The position numbers were made by a program, and so were the translations under genes. Below the pieces are notes generated by a model. That model had not been told where the DNA came from and made no database searches. It saw only the letters and a list, made by a program, of their open reading frames with translations. Below are positions 48,761 through 62,940 of a stretch of DNA of 64,000 bases, in pieces. The DNA is from Lama glama (Eukaryota), in NCBI GenBank assembly GCA_028534125.1, contig CM052818.1, positions 7,070,001 to 7,134,000 on the forward strand. The letters are read 5' to 3'. The stretch's first letter is position 1. Each line of letters starts with the position of its first letter.

Positions 48761-50784
48761 TTCTTTTGGTTGGCCCGCTGTTGCCCATCGTCTACATTAT
48801 TATTATTCTGCAAGATCCATTGTCCACCCACCTCAAAGCACTTTTTGGGTTCTTCCTAGAGATGCAAAGGCACAGAAAAAAGCTGGAACTTTTTTTTTTT
48901 AAACAACCCTTTTTTGCTGAGATCTTTTCCCTGAAATTATAGAATATTGGAGAAATTGTTTAAAATAAGGTGTTTCTGTTGCAACCTGCTCATAACTGCT
49001 GATTCCTCCCAAATTATTTCTAAAAATCTGACAGTAGAAAGACTTCTCTGAAAAACCATCTGCAGCTCTCACTTCCCTGAATCCCATTCTCCCTTTGTCA
49101 GGCATTCTTTATCTAATGGCCCAGATAAAATGAACTCTTTGGGAGAATCTGAGTGCATTTCCACTTGTGAGCACTGAGAAATACTTTATTTAGAAATAGG
49201 AAGGGTTTTTTTTGTAAGCCAGTCCATGTGGCTGTAGAGAGCTCCTAGAAAATTAAGGAAGGCATGTGGATGTGGGAGCACCTCTCCTGGGTTTGCCTGG
49301 ATTAGTCCTGGACTTAGTGTCTTGAGAAGGGACAGTGATTTATATTATTTCCAGTTAATATAAATACTACGAATGACAAGAAAGGCAAATGACAAGAATG
49401 ACAAAGTTAGTTCTGACTTAGAAATCGGACTAATTAGGCAAAGCCCATATGTGGGAGAAGTTATAATCAGTGAGATTGTTTTCTTTTAGGAAGTTTCCTC
49501 CACTATAAAGAAACTGAAAAATTGATACAGTTATAAAGCAATAGAAGGACATTAGAATGAGAAGTTTTTATTATAAGAAAGACACCTAATCATAGCCATT
49601 AAAATACTGTTTTTGACATTTGCCTTATTCCATGTATGTATGTTTTTATATAGGTATAAATAATATTCATATAATGATGTGATCAGGAATATGTAGTTAA
49701 AATATAATCATATTTTGTATTTCTATAGCATTTATATGATTGAAGTTTATTTAGTATTATAATTCATAATTTATCAAGCAGTGCTCTACTGCTGGATTAT
49801 TAGATTGTTTTCTTGTTTTTAGGTACTAGAGAAACACTGTGTTTTGTATCTTCTACATGTGCTTTTTTGCTTTTTTTTCAATTATCTCCCTAGAATAGAT
49901 TCCTGGGAGTGGATTTATTTAGTCAAAGGGTATAATATCTTTATCGTGGTTGTCTCAGTTCCTTTTTGGAAATGAATACTTTCTATATCTACTTAACACT
50001 CTAATGATAGTAAACCTAGAAATTGTAAAACTTTATTACCACAATTTTCATTTTAGTTTTTTAATCTCAAATTGAGAAAAACTATTATTCTCTTAAATTT
50101 AGCATCTCACAAATTAATTTGTATCTGTAACATAAATTAAAAATAAATTCAGTTCATGGATTTATAATTATCTAAATAAGTTATATCCTTTATTATATAA
50201 AAATAAATCCCACACATTATCTTCTCTTTTCTTCATTGTTTACAGAAAGTTTATATCACTAGTTTTTTAAAATTATAAATCCCTATAAAATCCTAATTTT
50301 TCTTTTTTTTCAGAGTATGCTAGGTCAGTTCAATCATGTTTATATACCTAGAGTTTACTTTAAAGAACCTGTTTGTGCATACAGATGTATGTTTCTTCTG
50401 TTTTTTTTAAACACCAGTTTTTATTTGAGCTATTACATATCAATCTGGAATATTACAATATGTTTTTCTGCAAGCTGCAAGTCATCTCGCAGCTTTCTTC
50501 CAAGGTGGGTCTTTTTTCCAGGACTTATTTTCTGTGTGTCTGATATATAGCTATGTTAAGACTAAAATAAGCTTTGTGGCTTAGAATAGTCTCCTTGCCA
50601 GTCGGTCCCTGCCACACTTTTCTTTCCTCTCCAGTCCATCCTATTCATTATTCCCAGATTAATTTTCCTAAAACACTGCTTACTGAAAAACCTCACTGGA
50701 AAACCTTAATTGACTCCCCATTTCTAGTTGAATTGAGTATAAACTTTTCACCTTGGCATTTAAGACCTATGACAAAACATGCCT

Positions 50785-51610
50785 TTGCAGGCTCATGAGA
50801 ACCACTAGCCAGGAGATTAGTGTGCTACCGCATCCCCCGACCCCAGATTTACCTAGTCAGAAACTTCTAAGGGTGGGACCTTCCAAAATCTCTCTCTCTC
50901 TTTTCAAAATCCCCCCAGGTGCTGCACCGCTGGGCAGTGAGGGACAAGCTCTGGCCCTGGCAGAGGGCAGACACAGGCTACAACCTGGCTTTGCCACTTA
51001 GCAGCTCAGGGGTTTCCAGCATGGGTGCAGCCCTCTACTCTCAGGCTTTCTTCTTTTTTTCTGTAAAATGCGGTCAAATAGTATTTCATAAGAATGATCG
51101 CAATTGTGCATACCACGATTATTACAGGGTTAAGTACTAAACAAATCCTGGCTACTACTGTTTTATAGTGACAGTAGAAGTAGTAGCAGTAGTAGTAGTA
51201 AAAGTCATCAGCTTTGTGTTCAGACAGATGTGGGCTCAACTCACAACTCTGTTCCTCCTTTCTCTGGATCTTATCCAGATTACCTAATTCTCTGACCCTC
51301 AGTGTCTTCATCTACAAACAGGGCGAATAATAAATGAGATTTAAAATATTAGCACATTGCTACATGGTAGGCACAAAATGATAGCAAATGTTTTATTATA
51401 TGCTTGGTCCAGGTCTAAGCTCTTTATGTTTTAACTGCTCTTCCCGTGAACCTTATGAGGTGATAACCACTATTATCTTCATTTTACAGATGAAAGAAAG
51501 TAAGAGAGAGAGAGGTTAAGTGACTTGCTTAAGGTCGCACAGCTAGGAAGCTAGGATCTGGACTCAGTTCTGTGACTCCAGAGCCCACTCTCAGCCACCA
51601 GGCAGTGTTC
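50785..51610. mobile_element. Repeat cluster: MER5A (~50785-50940), two MIR (+) and one MIR (-, ~51385-51610), with a (TAG)n tract at ~51171-51200
   Basis: 'ctgtaaaatgcggtcaaata', 'ctcagtgtcttcatctacaaacaggg', 'attttacagatgaaag...gaggttaagtgacttgcttaaggtcgcacagctagg'. Confidence 0.75.
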
Positions 51611-53759
51611 CTTCTCCTTACTGTATTGCATTATTATTGACTTACTTTATTCCCGCTACCCCCACCACGTCTGTCTACACTAGCTCCCTTGGGAAGGTGA
51701 TTTTTCTTTATTTGCCCCGGCAGTACCTGGCGAGTATCTCATCTGTAGAAGACACTTAAACACGTGTTCCATTGAACATAATAAGCATACCCATTTCTCG
51801 CATCTGGTCACAAGTAAACTACTCTTGGTTTTAGGCAGCTGCCATCTGGCAGACCGCCTTCCAGCCGCAAATCAGAGGACTCTAACTGCTTTCCCAGCTT
51901 CTTCCCCTGACCTGGAAAGGTCTGCGTTCTGAGGAGGGGAGGGTGGGTCAGGGATGGTGGGATTTGGTAGGGACTCTCCGGAAGGACCAGGCACCTGGAA
52001 GGCAGCCTGGAGGCGGTGGGAGGTGGGGTTGCTGGGAGGTGAGAGGCCAGGCTCTGAAACAGCTGTCTCAGGGGAAGGCAGGTTCAGCCGCCACCCATGT
52101 CGCCCCTCCCCCGTGACTGCGCCAGGAGACGCTCCCTCCTGCAGTTAACCCTGTGCACCTCCTCGGTTTCCGAGAGATGTTGCATTTATTTCCCCAAAGT
52201 CTGATCCTGTTTTGACTTGCTGTTTCAGAGGGGCCATTTCTGCGGTGATTGTCTTCCCTGGCCTCTGTCCCGTTCAACGGCAAGATGAGAGTATCAATTA
52301 CGTTCTCTCTTCATGTCGCTTGCTTCCCTCACTTCCGTGGACTTCACACACTCCTTAAAAGACCTTTTTATTTTAGCTGTCCCCAGAGGAGAAACTTAGG
52401 TGCATATCTTCCTTTATTTTATTCCTTTTATTCTGAAAATTTTGAGATTTAATCAGAATTGCCGCCTTCCTGAGTGATCTGAAATTCTGTATTACAGTTG
52501 GTTTTCTTTGATATTAAAATTTTATCAGGATCTTTGATTTCTGTTTCTCATAACACGTACTGTTATATTTTTTCTTATTACAAAATCAATAAATATTCAT
52601 TGTAGAAAACTATGTAAACATGCAGAAAGGAGTAAGTTAAAACATACAAACTATGCTGCATTCTGATATTGAGTGATACTTACTTTTAACAACTTGACAC
52701 ATGCCCTTCCACTGTTTTCTTCCAGTAAATCCACATACGTAGTGCAAACATACACAGATAATATGCATACAGCAAAATTCCTTTCTTTCATAAAATTAGC
52801 GTTTGGCTGTATATAGTATATCTTATTTTCTTTTACTATGTGATTTTCAAGTATCATTCTTTGACTCATTTACAAAAATAATGGAAGTGAATGAAAAGGA
52901 GACTGTGTACGATGCTGACAGTCAGCATAGGCATTTTTCACTAACGCATTTCTTGGGACCTAGGCAGCCTTTTGTCCGAGCTCTACTTGGAAGTCTGTCT
53001 CAGTACTAAGAGTGACTAACAGAAAATGAGCTTGCTGGGGAATTTTGAGGTGGTTCTCCCTGTGGATCTCAGGGACTGGCCTTCACCCTGCCATTTGAGT
53101 CCTGTTGCTGAAAACAAAGCTGGCTTTGGACTCTGGTGCACTGCTGTATGTGGTACTTGATTCTATATGCCTTGGTTTTCCACATGCCTTGCCAAATTGG
53201 TTTCCTGACCATGACCTTGTAGTTCAGCATTTCCCTTTCCCTCCACCCATTTCCTGCCTTTACTTTTGATCATTAGGATTTTTTTTCACATGAATCCCAT
53301 GGTAGTAATGTAGTAGTCAGGCCCACAGTCAGGAGACCCCACACTTGGTCTCCTGAAATTCCTTTTGGAAAAGTACATTTTCCAGGTCCATACTCAATAA
53401 TTGTAATATCAAATTACCACACAATTTAAAAAACATCTTTTTTTGTTCTATTTTTACTAGCAAATTTTGGAATAGACAAACATTTTTTTCTTCATCAATC
53501 CTGGCATTGACATTGCTTTTAAGGAGCATTTTCAGTTCTTACCCATGTGCACGTGACTACTGCATCTTGTTCGGTCCTCACATCTCCCGTCTGCTCCAGT
53601 TCTGTATTTCTATACACTTTTATTGGGACATCTCCAGGTAGGTATAACATTGTCACTTTAAGCTCCACCTGTCTTATATGGACCTCATTATCTTGCATAT
53701 AAACCTGCTTCAACTACCTTTTTTCTTTCCTGTGGAACCTAATACTCTTTCACTCTCCC

Positions 53760-54340
53760 AGAATACTAAGAGAATTAGTAAGAGAAAACAATAAGATGGC
53801 CAGATGCAAAGTGAAGTACACAGAATTCAGTAGCTTTCCTGTACATCATCATTGATTACTTTGAAAATGTAATGAAATAAAGCCCCAATCACCATAGCAG
53901 TTAAAACTATAGAATACCCAGAAACAATTTTTAATAATTCTGTAAGGCTTATATTTTTTAAAATTTTTTGCTGAAGAACTAAATATTTAAAGAAACATAT
54001 TCCTACGGGAGACGATGCCAGTTCTCCCCATAGTGATCTGTAGATTCAGTGCAGTTATAACCAAAGTCCTAATAGGATTTTTAATAGAATTTGGTAAGCT
54101 GGTTCCAGCATTTCTGAAAATTTGAATAAAGAAGAATGAAAGGAGTAATCCTACCAGGTACAAAGATCTAGCTTAAATCTAGAGTAATTAAAACATTAAG
54201 GCATTGGCACAGGAAGAGACCAACAGATAAAACAGAATAGAATCCAGAAAAGAAAAGACATAGGATCAAATTTAATGTATGGTAAATGCAGCATTTAAAA
54301 TCAAAGGGAAAGATCAAATTTAAAAAATAATAAATAGATA
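53760..54340 (+). mobile_element. Old L1 ORF2 3' fragment
   Basis: 'gatctgtagattcagtgcagttataaccaaagtcctaatagg', 'ggcattggcacaggaagagaccaacagataaaacagaatagaatccaga'. Confidence 0.7.
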
Positions 54341-54849
54341 AAATCAAAGACAGAGAACAAGGAATGTAGCAGAGGCCCTCAGGTGAGAGACCATGAATGG
54401 TGCATCTCTTGGAGCAAGGGATTCCCTTTACTGGAGAGGAGGAGTAGGGACAATAGAGAGAAATAATGTTAAGGAGGCAAGCGAGGGTCCTCATATGCCC
54501 TTCTAAAGAGTTTAGGCTTTTTATTTAAGTGCCTTATTTATCCCCAGATTAATAAAAATTTTCTCATATATTTTCTCTGTTCTTTTATGGTTTATTTTAT
54601 CACATTTAGAGCTTTATCTGGAATTTTTACCCATTCATTATATGAGATAAGGATACAGCTTTCATTTTTCCTAAGTAGACAATTATCCCAGTTCCATTAA
54701 TTGAATCTTCTTCCACTGGTTTTAAGTGCTGCTTTAAATTCATCATATATATATAATTATTTTCCTGGGTTTGTTTCTAGACTCCGTTTCATCCCATAAA
54801 TCTGTTTATCTATTCCCGTACCTATATAAAATGCACCACCTTGAATAGT

Positions 54850-56680
54850 CCTAAGCAGCAGAAAGACATTGTCAGATTTGTAGAGAGCTCACAGTGGCCA
54901 GTTGGGATTCTGTTCTGGTGAAAGATAGTCTCAGCCAGAACTGAAGTGAAACAGCAGACCTTGGTACTTGCTGGAGTGTGGTGGGTTTACAGAGAGGAGG
55001 AAGTGAGGAAGATGCCCAGGTTTCTGGCTTGGGCAACTGGATGGATAATGATGATGCCTTTCACCAAGAGAGGAAGAGCAGCAGGTTTGAGGAGAGGCAT
55101 GAGAAGAGGATGAGTTCAGTTTTGGACACACTCTATTTAGAATACCCATAAGACTTCTCAGAGGGAAAGTAGGGTAGAGTTAGGCATTTGAATTTATAAA
55201 TCTGAGTCTCACTAAAGATCTGGGTGGAGAAATACTTATGAGGGAGGCATCAGCAGATAGCCCACAACTGATGTTTAGAAGTAGATGAGAGTGTATAGGG
55301 AGAGGATATCAGTAAGCAAGTGGGATCAGCATCCTCAGGAATACCTTGAGGGAGAGGAGCCTCGAAAGAAACTGAGGTCGAGGGGCCAGAGAAGTAGGGG
55401 GAAATTGACAGTGAAGTGTTTTGGAAGCCAGGGGAAGAGAACATTTAAAAAGGAGAGAATGGTTAGTGGTGTGTAGTCCTGCAGAGAGATCAAGAAAGCT
55501 AAGTTCTGAAAGGTTTCCATGGACTTAGTAACAAGAAGGCTGTTGCCGACTGTGACAAGTACTGGCTGGATGGAGTGGTGACGTGGAAACTTGTTGTAGT
55601 GAGTTGAGCAGCATATGGGAAGGGAAAAGGTGAATGTAGAAAAGTTGGTAGGAATTTTGACTGCCAAGAGGAGAGAAACTGTGGTACCTAAGAGACTGTG
55701 GAGCTGAACAGTTTTCTGAGTACGTTTTTTGAAAATGGGAAGGGCTTCAATATACTTAGTTGCGAACGGGAAGGATCCAGAAGAGGGAAAGGAAATAATT
55801 GGTAGGGTCTGGTTTCCAGGGTGACTAAGACCAAGAACCCCGGAGGGCTTGGATGCAGAGAGAGTGCACATGTAGGTGACTTTGTCAGGTTGGGGTCAAG
55901 TTAAGAGAGTGTGAAGGCTTTTATTTTCTCTGTGAAATAGGAGCAAGGTTTTTTGCTGTGAATTGGGAGAGATGTGCTGGAATGAGGGGTTTGAGAAAAA
56001 TACAGAAAGTTTGAAATAGCTCCTGTGTGGAATGGAGAGATGACTGGCTCAGTGTGATGATTTTGGACACGTGGAATCTGAATTCAGGGACAGCCTCTTT
56101 GTGAGGTAACAGATCAGAGCTGAGGCTTGAGTTCAAGGAGTCGGAGATTAGATACGGAGATTTGGGGTTGTTAGATACCTTAAATTAAAGGTTGAGAGGA
56201 AAATTAACAATTGGCAAAGCAAATGGGGTCAGAGAAAAAGACTCCAGACAAAAGATCTTGAAGAAGAACAATAGGAGAAATAGAAATACCCTGCAGTGTG
56301 ATATCCCAGCCATCAAGAGTTTCATTAGAAGGAGTGAATTAATGATGGAGTCCATGTGGTAAACTGTGGTTCTCAACCCTGTAGAATCACCTAGGGAGCT
56401 TTAAGCAAGTCCCCAGCCCCCTGCCAACCCAAGACCAGTTAAATTGGAATCTGCGGGTGGGGCCCTGGCATCAGTATTTTCTTTGCCCTTCTGGTTTGTA
56501 GCCAGGGTTGAGAATCACTGCTGTGGAGAGAGTATGATGAAGACTGAGACGTGATTGGACTTGGCAGCCAAGTCATCAGTGGCTTTTGAGAGAGCAGTTT
56601 CAGTAAAGTGGTGAGCCTGGATTCCAATCTGTAGCAGGAGGGCCTGGATAAGAATACAGAGTTTGTGGTGAAAGTCAAGT
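54850..56680 (-). mobile_element. L2 fragments including reverse transcriptase remnants
   Basis: Purine-rich antisense L2; minus ORF 55335-55871 contains 'FPRHHSIQPVLVTVGNSLLVTKS', resembling the L2/CR1 RT motif FRxxHSTETALxxVxNDLL. Confidence 0.8.
56364..56520. mobile_element. MER5A hAT MITE inserted in L2
   Basis: TIRs ctgtggttctcaacc ... ggttgagaatcactg; internal 'tagaatcacctagggagcttt'. Confidence 0.85.
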
Positions 56681-57454
56681 AAATGGGGAGAACTGATGCT
56701 GCATAGCCCTGTCTTCTTACAAAGTAAGTGTTGTTGTCAGCTTCTAACTGTGAGCAGGATGTGGAGCTATTTGAGGTTTTGTGCAGAGTGGGGAAAAAAC
56801 TGAACAGATGCTCTGAGGAATATGGGACTGCAGAGCCGCAGTGACGGCCTAGATGAGCATGGATTGCCTTCTGTAATTATCTGGCCTCTGTTACTCACGG
56901 TTATTGAAGTAACACATGCAGTGCTGATGCGTATAGTGGAGCTGCATCTGAGGCAGGAGTTATGTTTTGAAGTTAGCATGTAAGGCAAAAGTTGCATTTG
57001 GTCAAAATTGCTCTGTAAATCCCTCAGGAAGATGCCCAGTGGGCACTGACATTCTGTCTCCCCAGCGAGCCAGTGGAATAATCACTGCTTCTTCCATTGA
57101 GCACCTTAGCTGACTTGTACATAACTAATATTATATGAAAAATGTCTCTTTACACTAAAACCACACTCAGCTTAATTAAATACTCTCAGCAAGGAGAAGT
57201 ACTTGGGTCATTAAGCAGGAGTGCTTAAGTACTGAAATGGACTAAGGTTACAAAAGAATTAGTTTCCCATCTCCATCCTATGCCTACAATGGGTAAAACA
57301 GAGGGAATCGCCTCTACTGCCTTAGTTGTTATTTTCCAGTTTTCTTTTTTTAATTGAGCACATATAGTTGAATTTGTATAAATTAAGTATGATGATGTAA
57401 TCACAGCACTCTATTTTTATTTCTTGCTTGCTCAAAACTATCATCAGAGAGTAT

Positions 57455-57680
57455 AATACAACAGTTAAGAATGTGGGCCCTGGCTCACACCACCTGGGTT
57501 CCAATCATGTCTCTGACACTCGCAACATGTGTGACTTTGGTTGTGTTACTTAATCTCTCTTTTCCTCAGATTTCTCATCTATATAGTCAGCATGAAAATG
57601 ATATCTACCTCATAGTGAGGACTAAAAAGTAAGTCGATCTATGGAAAGAGCTCAATACTGTTAGAAATTATTATTGTTAG
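57455..57680 (+). mobile_element. MIR SINE
   Basis: 'gttaagaatgtgggccctgg...cctgggttccaatc...tgtgtgactttgg...ttacttaatctct...cctcagatttctcatctata'. Confidence 0.8.
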
Positions 57681-57937
57681 TTGTAATAACAACAGTGTGT
57701 GCTGATTCATAAGTGTGACTTGATGTTAGACCACAACTTACATCAGGTCAGACTTTTACTAGACCTTAGACTGTGGCCCAGGAGATGATCTTTGCCTTTC
57801 AAGTCGAGGACCAGATGAAACAGCTGCTGACAGAGTTCAGACATTTACTACCAAAAAAACGGGGCTATATTTATGACTGTTAAACAACCAAACCTGCCAC
57901 AAAAGGGTCTCCCACAAATCTCAGAATTAAACAAATA

Positions 57938-58444
57938 CAAATCTTCCTTGGCTTACAGTGGGGTAATGTCCTGATAAACCCATTGTAAGTTGAAAATATT
58001 GTTAAGTCAGATATGCATTTAATACATGTAACCTAGGGAACACTGTAGGTTAGCCCAGCCTACCTTAAATGTGCTCAGAGCACTTCCACCAGCCTACACT
58101 TGGGCAAAATCATCTCATGTAAAGCCCATATTATAATAAAGTGTTGACTCTCTCATATGATTTATTGAATCCTGTACTGAACTTGAGAAGCAGAATGGTC
58201 TTGTGGGTCCAGGGGTGCTTCTAATTGTATTGATTGTTTCCCCTCATGATCGCGTGGCTGACTGGGAGCTGTGGCTGCCATTGCCCCCGCGTCGTGGGAA
58301 AGCATTGTGCAGCATCTTGTTAGCCCAGGAGAAGGTCCACCTTCAAAATTCGAAGTCTGGTTTCTACTGAATGTGTAGTATTTTCGTGCCATCATAAAAT
58401 AGAAAAATCATTAAGTTGAAGGATTGGAAGTTGGAGACTATCTG
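57938..58444 (+). mobile_element. Tigger5/MER47-type MITE (Tigger5b-like), 507 bp
   Basis: TA-caaatcttccttggcttacagtggggtaatgtcctgataaacccattgtaagttgaaaat ... aagttggagactatctg-TA. Confidence 0.9.
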
Positions 58445-59254
58445 TACACTGATCAATCCACAAAATCACAGTCCTTGTATGTTGAAATGTAGTTGATTGC
58501 TAGAAATGTAAATTTTATAGGTTATCTCTATGAAAACCAACAGTGCTATGAAAGACAGACTCTTCTACGTGAAATAATGTGATGAGTTGGCCAGATTTTA
58601 GGTTTTATGATTTTTTTTGCAAAATTGGAGGGACATTTATAGGAGCATCCCTACTGAAACGGGACAGTGACATGAAGTCTAATATGTTAATGAAATTAAA
58701 GAGTGGCTAAAAGTGGAATGATGAAAAAGTAAAAAGAAAAGTTTCATTGTGATAGAATTGAGGGGGAAATTTTACATCTAAGATTAGAGCATTTTTAGTA
58801 CTAGGTTTTTCATATAGTTGGATTTTGCAGTGGTCCTTTTCAATTTTGTAATTACTGGCATAGACTCCTCATTGCCACTTTTTTGAAGTACATGTCATGT
58901 TTGCAGAGATTTTTTTTTCCAGAATAAATCCTGCAACTGATGAACATACCCACTCTCAGAAATTATCTGTTTGAAAAAAATAATACCACATTTTGGCTCA
59001 GAAAATAAATAACTAGATTAAGCCTCTGAGCTCTTTGAAACAATTGTACTGTTAAACCTTATGAATAACATTTAGTTAATGTAGAGTGTTAAAGCACCTC
59101 AAAGAATTAAAGTTTATTATTCACCATTTTTTTTAAAAAGTCAGACCCATAAAAAGTTGAGTTATAAATGCCTTAGAACTTAAATTTAGCTTGGTTAGTT
59201 CTGTGGCTGTCCAACACTCAGAGTGCTAGAATCCTTTATGCCTCATAGTTTTAT

Positions 59255-59435
59255 AATAGCTAATATTTATTGAGTATTCTCTGAGTCAGAACTGTTCTAA
59301 GTGCTTTATGTGTATTAACTCAGTTAATCCTACAGGTCATATTTTGCCCAAGATTTCATAGCTAGTAGGTGGTAGAGCTGAGACTCGTACTCATACTATC
59401 CACCTCCGGGGTCTTAATCACTATGCAAGGCTGCC
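59255..59435 (-). mobile_element. MIR SINE (internally deleted)
   Basis: 'aatagctaatatttattgag...actgttctaagtgctttatgtgtattaactcagttaatcct...gcccaagatttcatagctagtaggtggtagagctg'. Confidence 0.8.
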
Positions 59436-61227
59436 TGTATTTGAATAGGTAGATTCTGAGATGGAATTTAACATGCTTGAATTCCCCATATATCTTGATT
59501 TTTAAAGAAGTGGAGAGACTTCACAATATTAACTTGGATTTATTATACAAGTTATGGTACCCTGTAGAGAGCTTTCTGTTTCAAAGGTGGAATTCTTGAG
59601 AATTTAAGTACTTCAAAACATTATAGAAACAAGAATATTAATTGAAACAAGACTTTCAGATATGCTGGTTGTACTATTTAGTGTACTAGACTGACAACTT
59701 GTATTACATTACCTCTTCCTGATATCAATCTTGCCTGCTGTATTACATGCCAAGCATTTGACGTACTACTTTTAAAATGGATTTTATGTCCGAGGATTTG
59801 AGGATAAGTAGTGGGTGAATATGTTTGAGTTTGCAGCAAAGTAAGAGACATTCTGGTGCTGCTGAACAAAGGAATCCCATTGCATTTGGATATGTTTTCA
59901 AGTGTAGGTTTTCTGACTGGTCAGAATTGATGTAGTGACCACCTGGACAACTGGTGGCCTTGGTTCATTCCCTCATAGTTCCTCAGTTTCCTTGTTCTTT
60001 GTGTTAATTCAGAAGAGCAACATTTACAAGATAAAACAAGTTCTTTTCTTGGAATGCTTTACCTGAATAACTATGCTAGCTTCTACCTTTCCCTTGGGTT
60101 TTATACCTCTAGAATGAAAGGGGATTTTATTCCCTCTTAGGCCAACTTGGTAAAATTTTAGGTTTACATTGCCATAATGAAAAGATTAAGATTCTCTCAT
60201 GTCTTATCTGACTACATAGTAAATTGAATTCCTTTGGAAATTGCACTAATTCTGTATATGTGCATGTGTATATTGTTTTTATTATTTTGCATGTTTATAA
60301 AGATAACATATGTTTTTTCCAAGAGATCCAAACCATGAATGTATACCCCCTCCAAGCCCTCCGCTCAGAAACCACTGGCATCATTTCAATGAATCCCTCC
60401 CGGAGGGGATACATAGAAATAAATAAGTTTATTGAATAGAGTCCTACATTAGATAGTTTTGCTTTCTGTTATTTTAAGTCATGGAGCTCTTCTCCTGTCA
60501 ATTTAGAGTATCTTTTTATTTTTATTTATTTGTTTATTTGTTTTAGATTATCTTTTTAAAAAGTAGCATGGTATTCCAATGTGAATGGATGTATAATAAT
60601 TTATTCAGTAAACCGTTGTTGCCAGACATTTACATTGTTTTTCTTTTGTCCTCTTGGAAGCAGTGCTCTGCTGGGAACATCACTTATACTTAACATCTTT
60701 GCACACTTTCCCATTTTTCTCAGTGAGATAAATTTGTAGTTACGGGCTTGCTGATTCTAGCAGAATGTCCACTAGAGCACTTTATAATATTGCTGGTTTG
60801 CTCTCCCGTGTTGTACCAGTGTGCACTCCTACCACGCAGGAAGGTCTGTTTTATTATAAACATTTGCTTCTTTCCTAAATTGATTCATTTATTTATTTAA
60901 TAAAATCTTAGTGCCTACTATGTGCTGCAGTGTGCTAGGATTTCAATAATAAACAGTACAGAAGTGGTTTTTGCCTTCCGAGGATTTGTTTTGGGAGACC
61001 AGTATTTGGTGGGTTTTTTGGGTTTTTTGAATCTTTATTTCTTCCCATTAACTTGAATATTTTAAAATAAATATTGACTAACATTCTTTTGTGAATGGCA
61101 TATTCACATGCTTGTTTTTCTGTAATTTTTTTCTTATTTTATTACTATTTTTAGATTATTATGTAGTCAGATCTATCTTTCTAGGCAGGCCTTCTCCACT
61201 TTAAGGTCGTAAAATTATTTGCTCAGT

Positions 61228-61895
61228 GGACTAGCTAGGGTTCTTGATTGCAAAAACAGAAACTCACTCTGTTTTACTTAAGCCAAAAATGGCATTAGAT
61301 GCTCACAGAATTGCCAGGAAAGCTGGAAACAAGGAGTCAAGAGGAGGTGGGTGGCCTGTAGCAGTGTAAGGATATCCATATGACATCCACATGACAAGGA
61401 TAGACTGGTAAGACCAGCCTTCTTGTCCTGAACCTGCTACTGCTAAAATAATAGCAGTAGGAGTGCAGGAATGTGTAATCTTTTCTTACTTTTCTTCATT
61501 CCTCCCCTTCATCCTCTTCCTCCACCCCACCCCCATCCCATGTTTTCATTTCAGGTTTATTGTCCCATGTGGTAGTAAAGACAGCCAGAAGTGATAGTCT
61601 TACTTTTTTGGCAACCTTAGCAGAAGGAGGGCACTTCTTTACCAATAGTTTGTGCAAAAGTCTTGGCAGTGAATCTCATTGGCCTGTCCTGGGACATGTA
61701 TGTAACTGTGAACCAGTCACCATGATGCAGGGGGTAGAATGCTTTGATTGGCCAGGCATAGGTCATGTGCCTGTCCCTGGTGCTGGTAGTAGAATCAGCT
61801 GGACTGAGGGAAAAAGGGAGGGGTGGTTCTTAAGGAAAAGTGAGGTACTATTATGGAAGAAGAGGAATAGATGCAACAAAGCAACAGATGTCCTC
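61228..61895 (-). mobile_element. Old MLT1 (K/L/N-like) LTR
   Basis: 'agggttcttgattgcaaaaacagaaactcactctg', 'ctcattggcctgtcctgggacatg', 'gattggccaggcataggtcatgtgcctgtccctgg'. Confidence 0.8.
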
Positions 61896-62797
61896 TGTAA
61901 TCGTGGTATTTGACATTTTAAATAATACTGGATTCTGCATTCTTTCAGTAGAGCAGAGTTCCACTTTGCAATTTATTATTGCAGAAAATTAAAATGTCTT
62001 TTTATTAAATTAGTTATTCCTCATTGTACATTAGTTACTAGGAAGAGGAAATATTAAAATCCTAATAAGGAAAGTAAGTTTCATCCTTCATTTTTGAGTC
62101 AATTATATTGAATGAAAGACAGTTATATAGAGGAGGAAAGAACTGCTTTTTTAAAATTTAAAAATAACATGGGTTCTTAAAGATGCAAGATTCATACATA
62201 GCAGAGATGTACATTTTACTGCAAATCCGTATGTTACTGAAATCTGATACAGTGTTATAAATCTGTTTAGAGGTCCAGATAGTAGCATATACGAGGAAAG
62301 ACAAAAATACAAAACTGAAAAGAAAAATACATATACCCTCAATCACATGGCAAGAAAAGTCACTGCTGTGTGTTACAAGACATTCCTGTAGTCATTCAAA
62401 ACTGTTTCCCTATTTGAGTCAGTACTTGCTCAATGTATTTTTCTCCCACGAGTGCCAGTAACAGAAAAATATCAAGAAACAATGAAGGGTGGTGAAGCAA
62501 AGAGGGGTTTTGGACCCAGCCAAACTTGAGTTTCAGTCTGATCTTAAATGATGTGACTTTAAGAGTGCATCCTCATCTGAAAAATGATATAATACCTATC
62601 TCATCAGTTTAAAGATTAAATGACATTATTTACATAACAGTAATTGCAATTTAGAATTATTATTTGGGGAAAAGGTAACATTCTTTTGGAAAATCCACTG
62701 GGTCATTTAGCATATTCAGAGACAGTTGTGTATATTTAAGAAATATGGTGCATTTCAAAATGTGTAATCTGTACTGTTTTTTTGATGCCTGCAGTTT

Positions 62798-62940
62798 GTT
62801 TATTATTATTTTTTTGCAGAGGGAGGGGATAATTGGGCTTTTATTTATTTATTTTTAATGGAGGTACTGGGGATTGAACCCAGGACTTTGTGCTTGCTAG
62901 TCACGCGCTCTCCCACTGAGCTATACCCTCCCCTCTCCCT
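62798..62940 (-). mobile_element. vic-1-type SINE with perfect 13-bp TSD
   Basis: TSD atgcctgcagttt at 62785-62797 and 62941-62953; head 'ctgagctataccctcccc' with 7 extra 5' nt. Confidence 0.92.

Noticed and set aside
55335..55871. 178-aa minus-strand ORF
   Set aside because: Degenerate L2 reverse transcriptase remnant, not a functional gene
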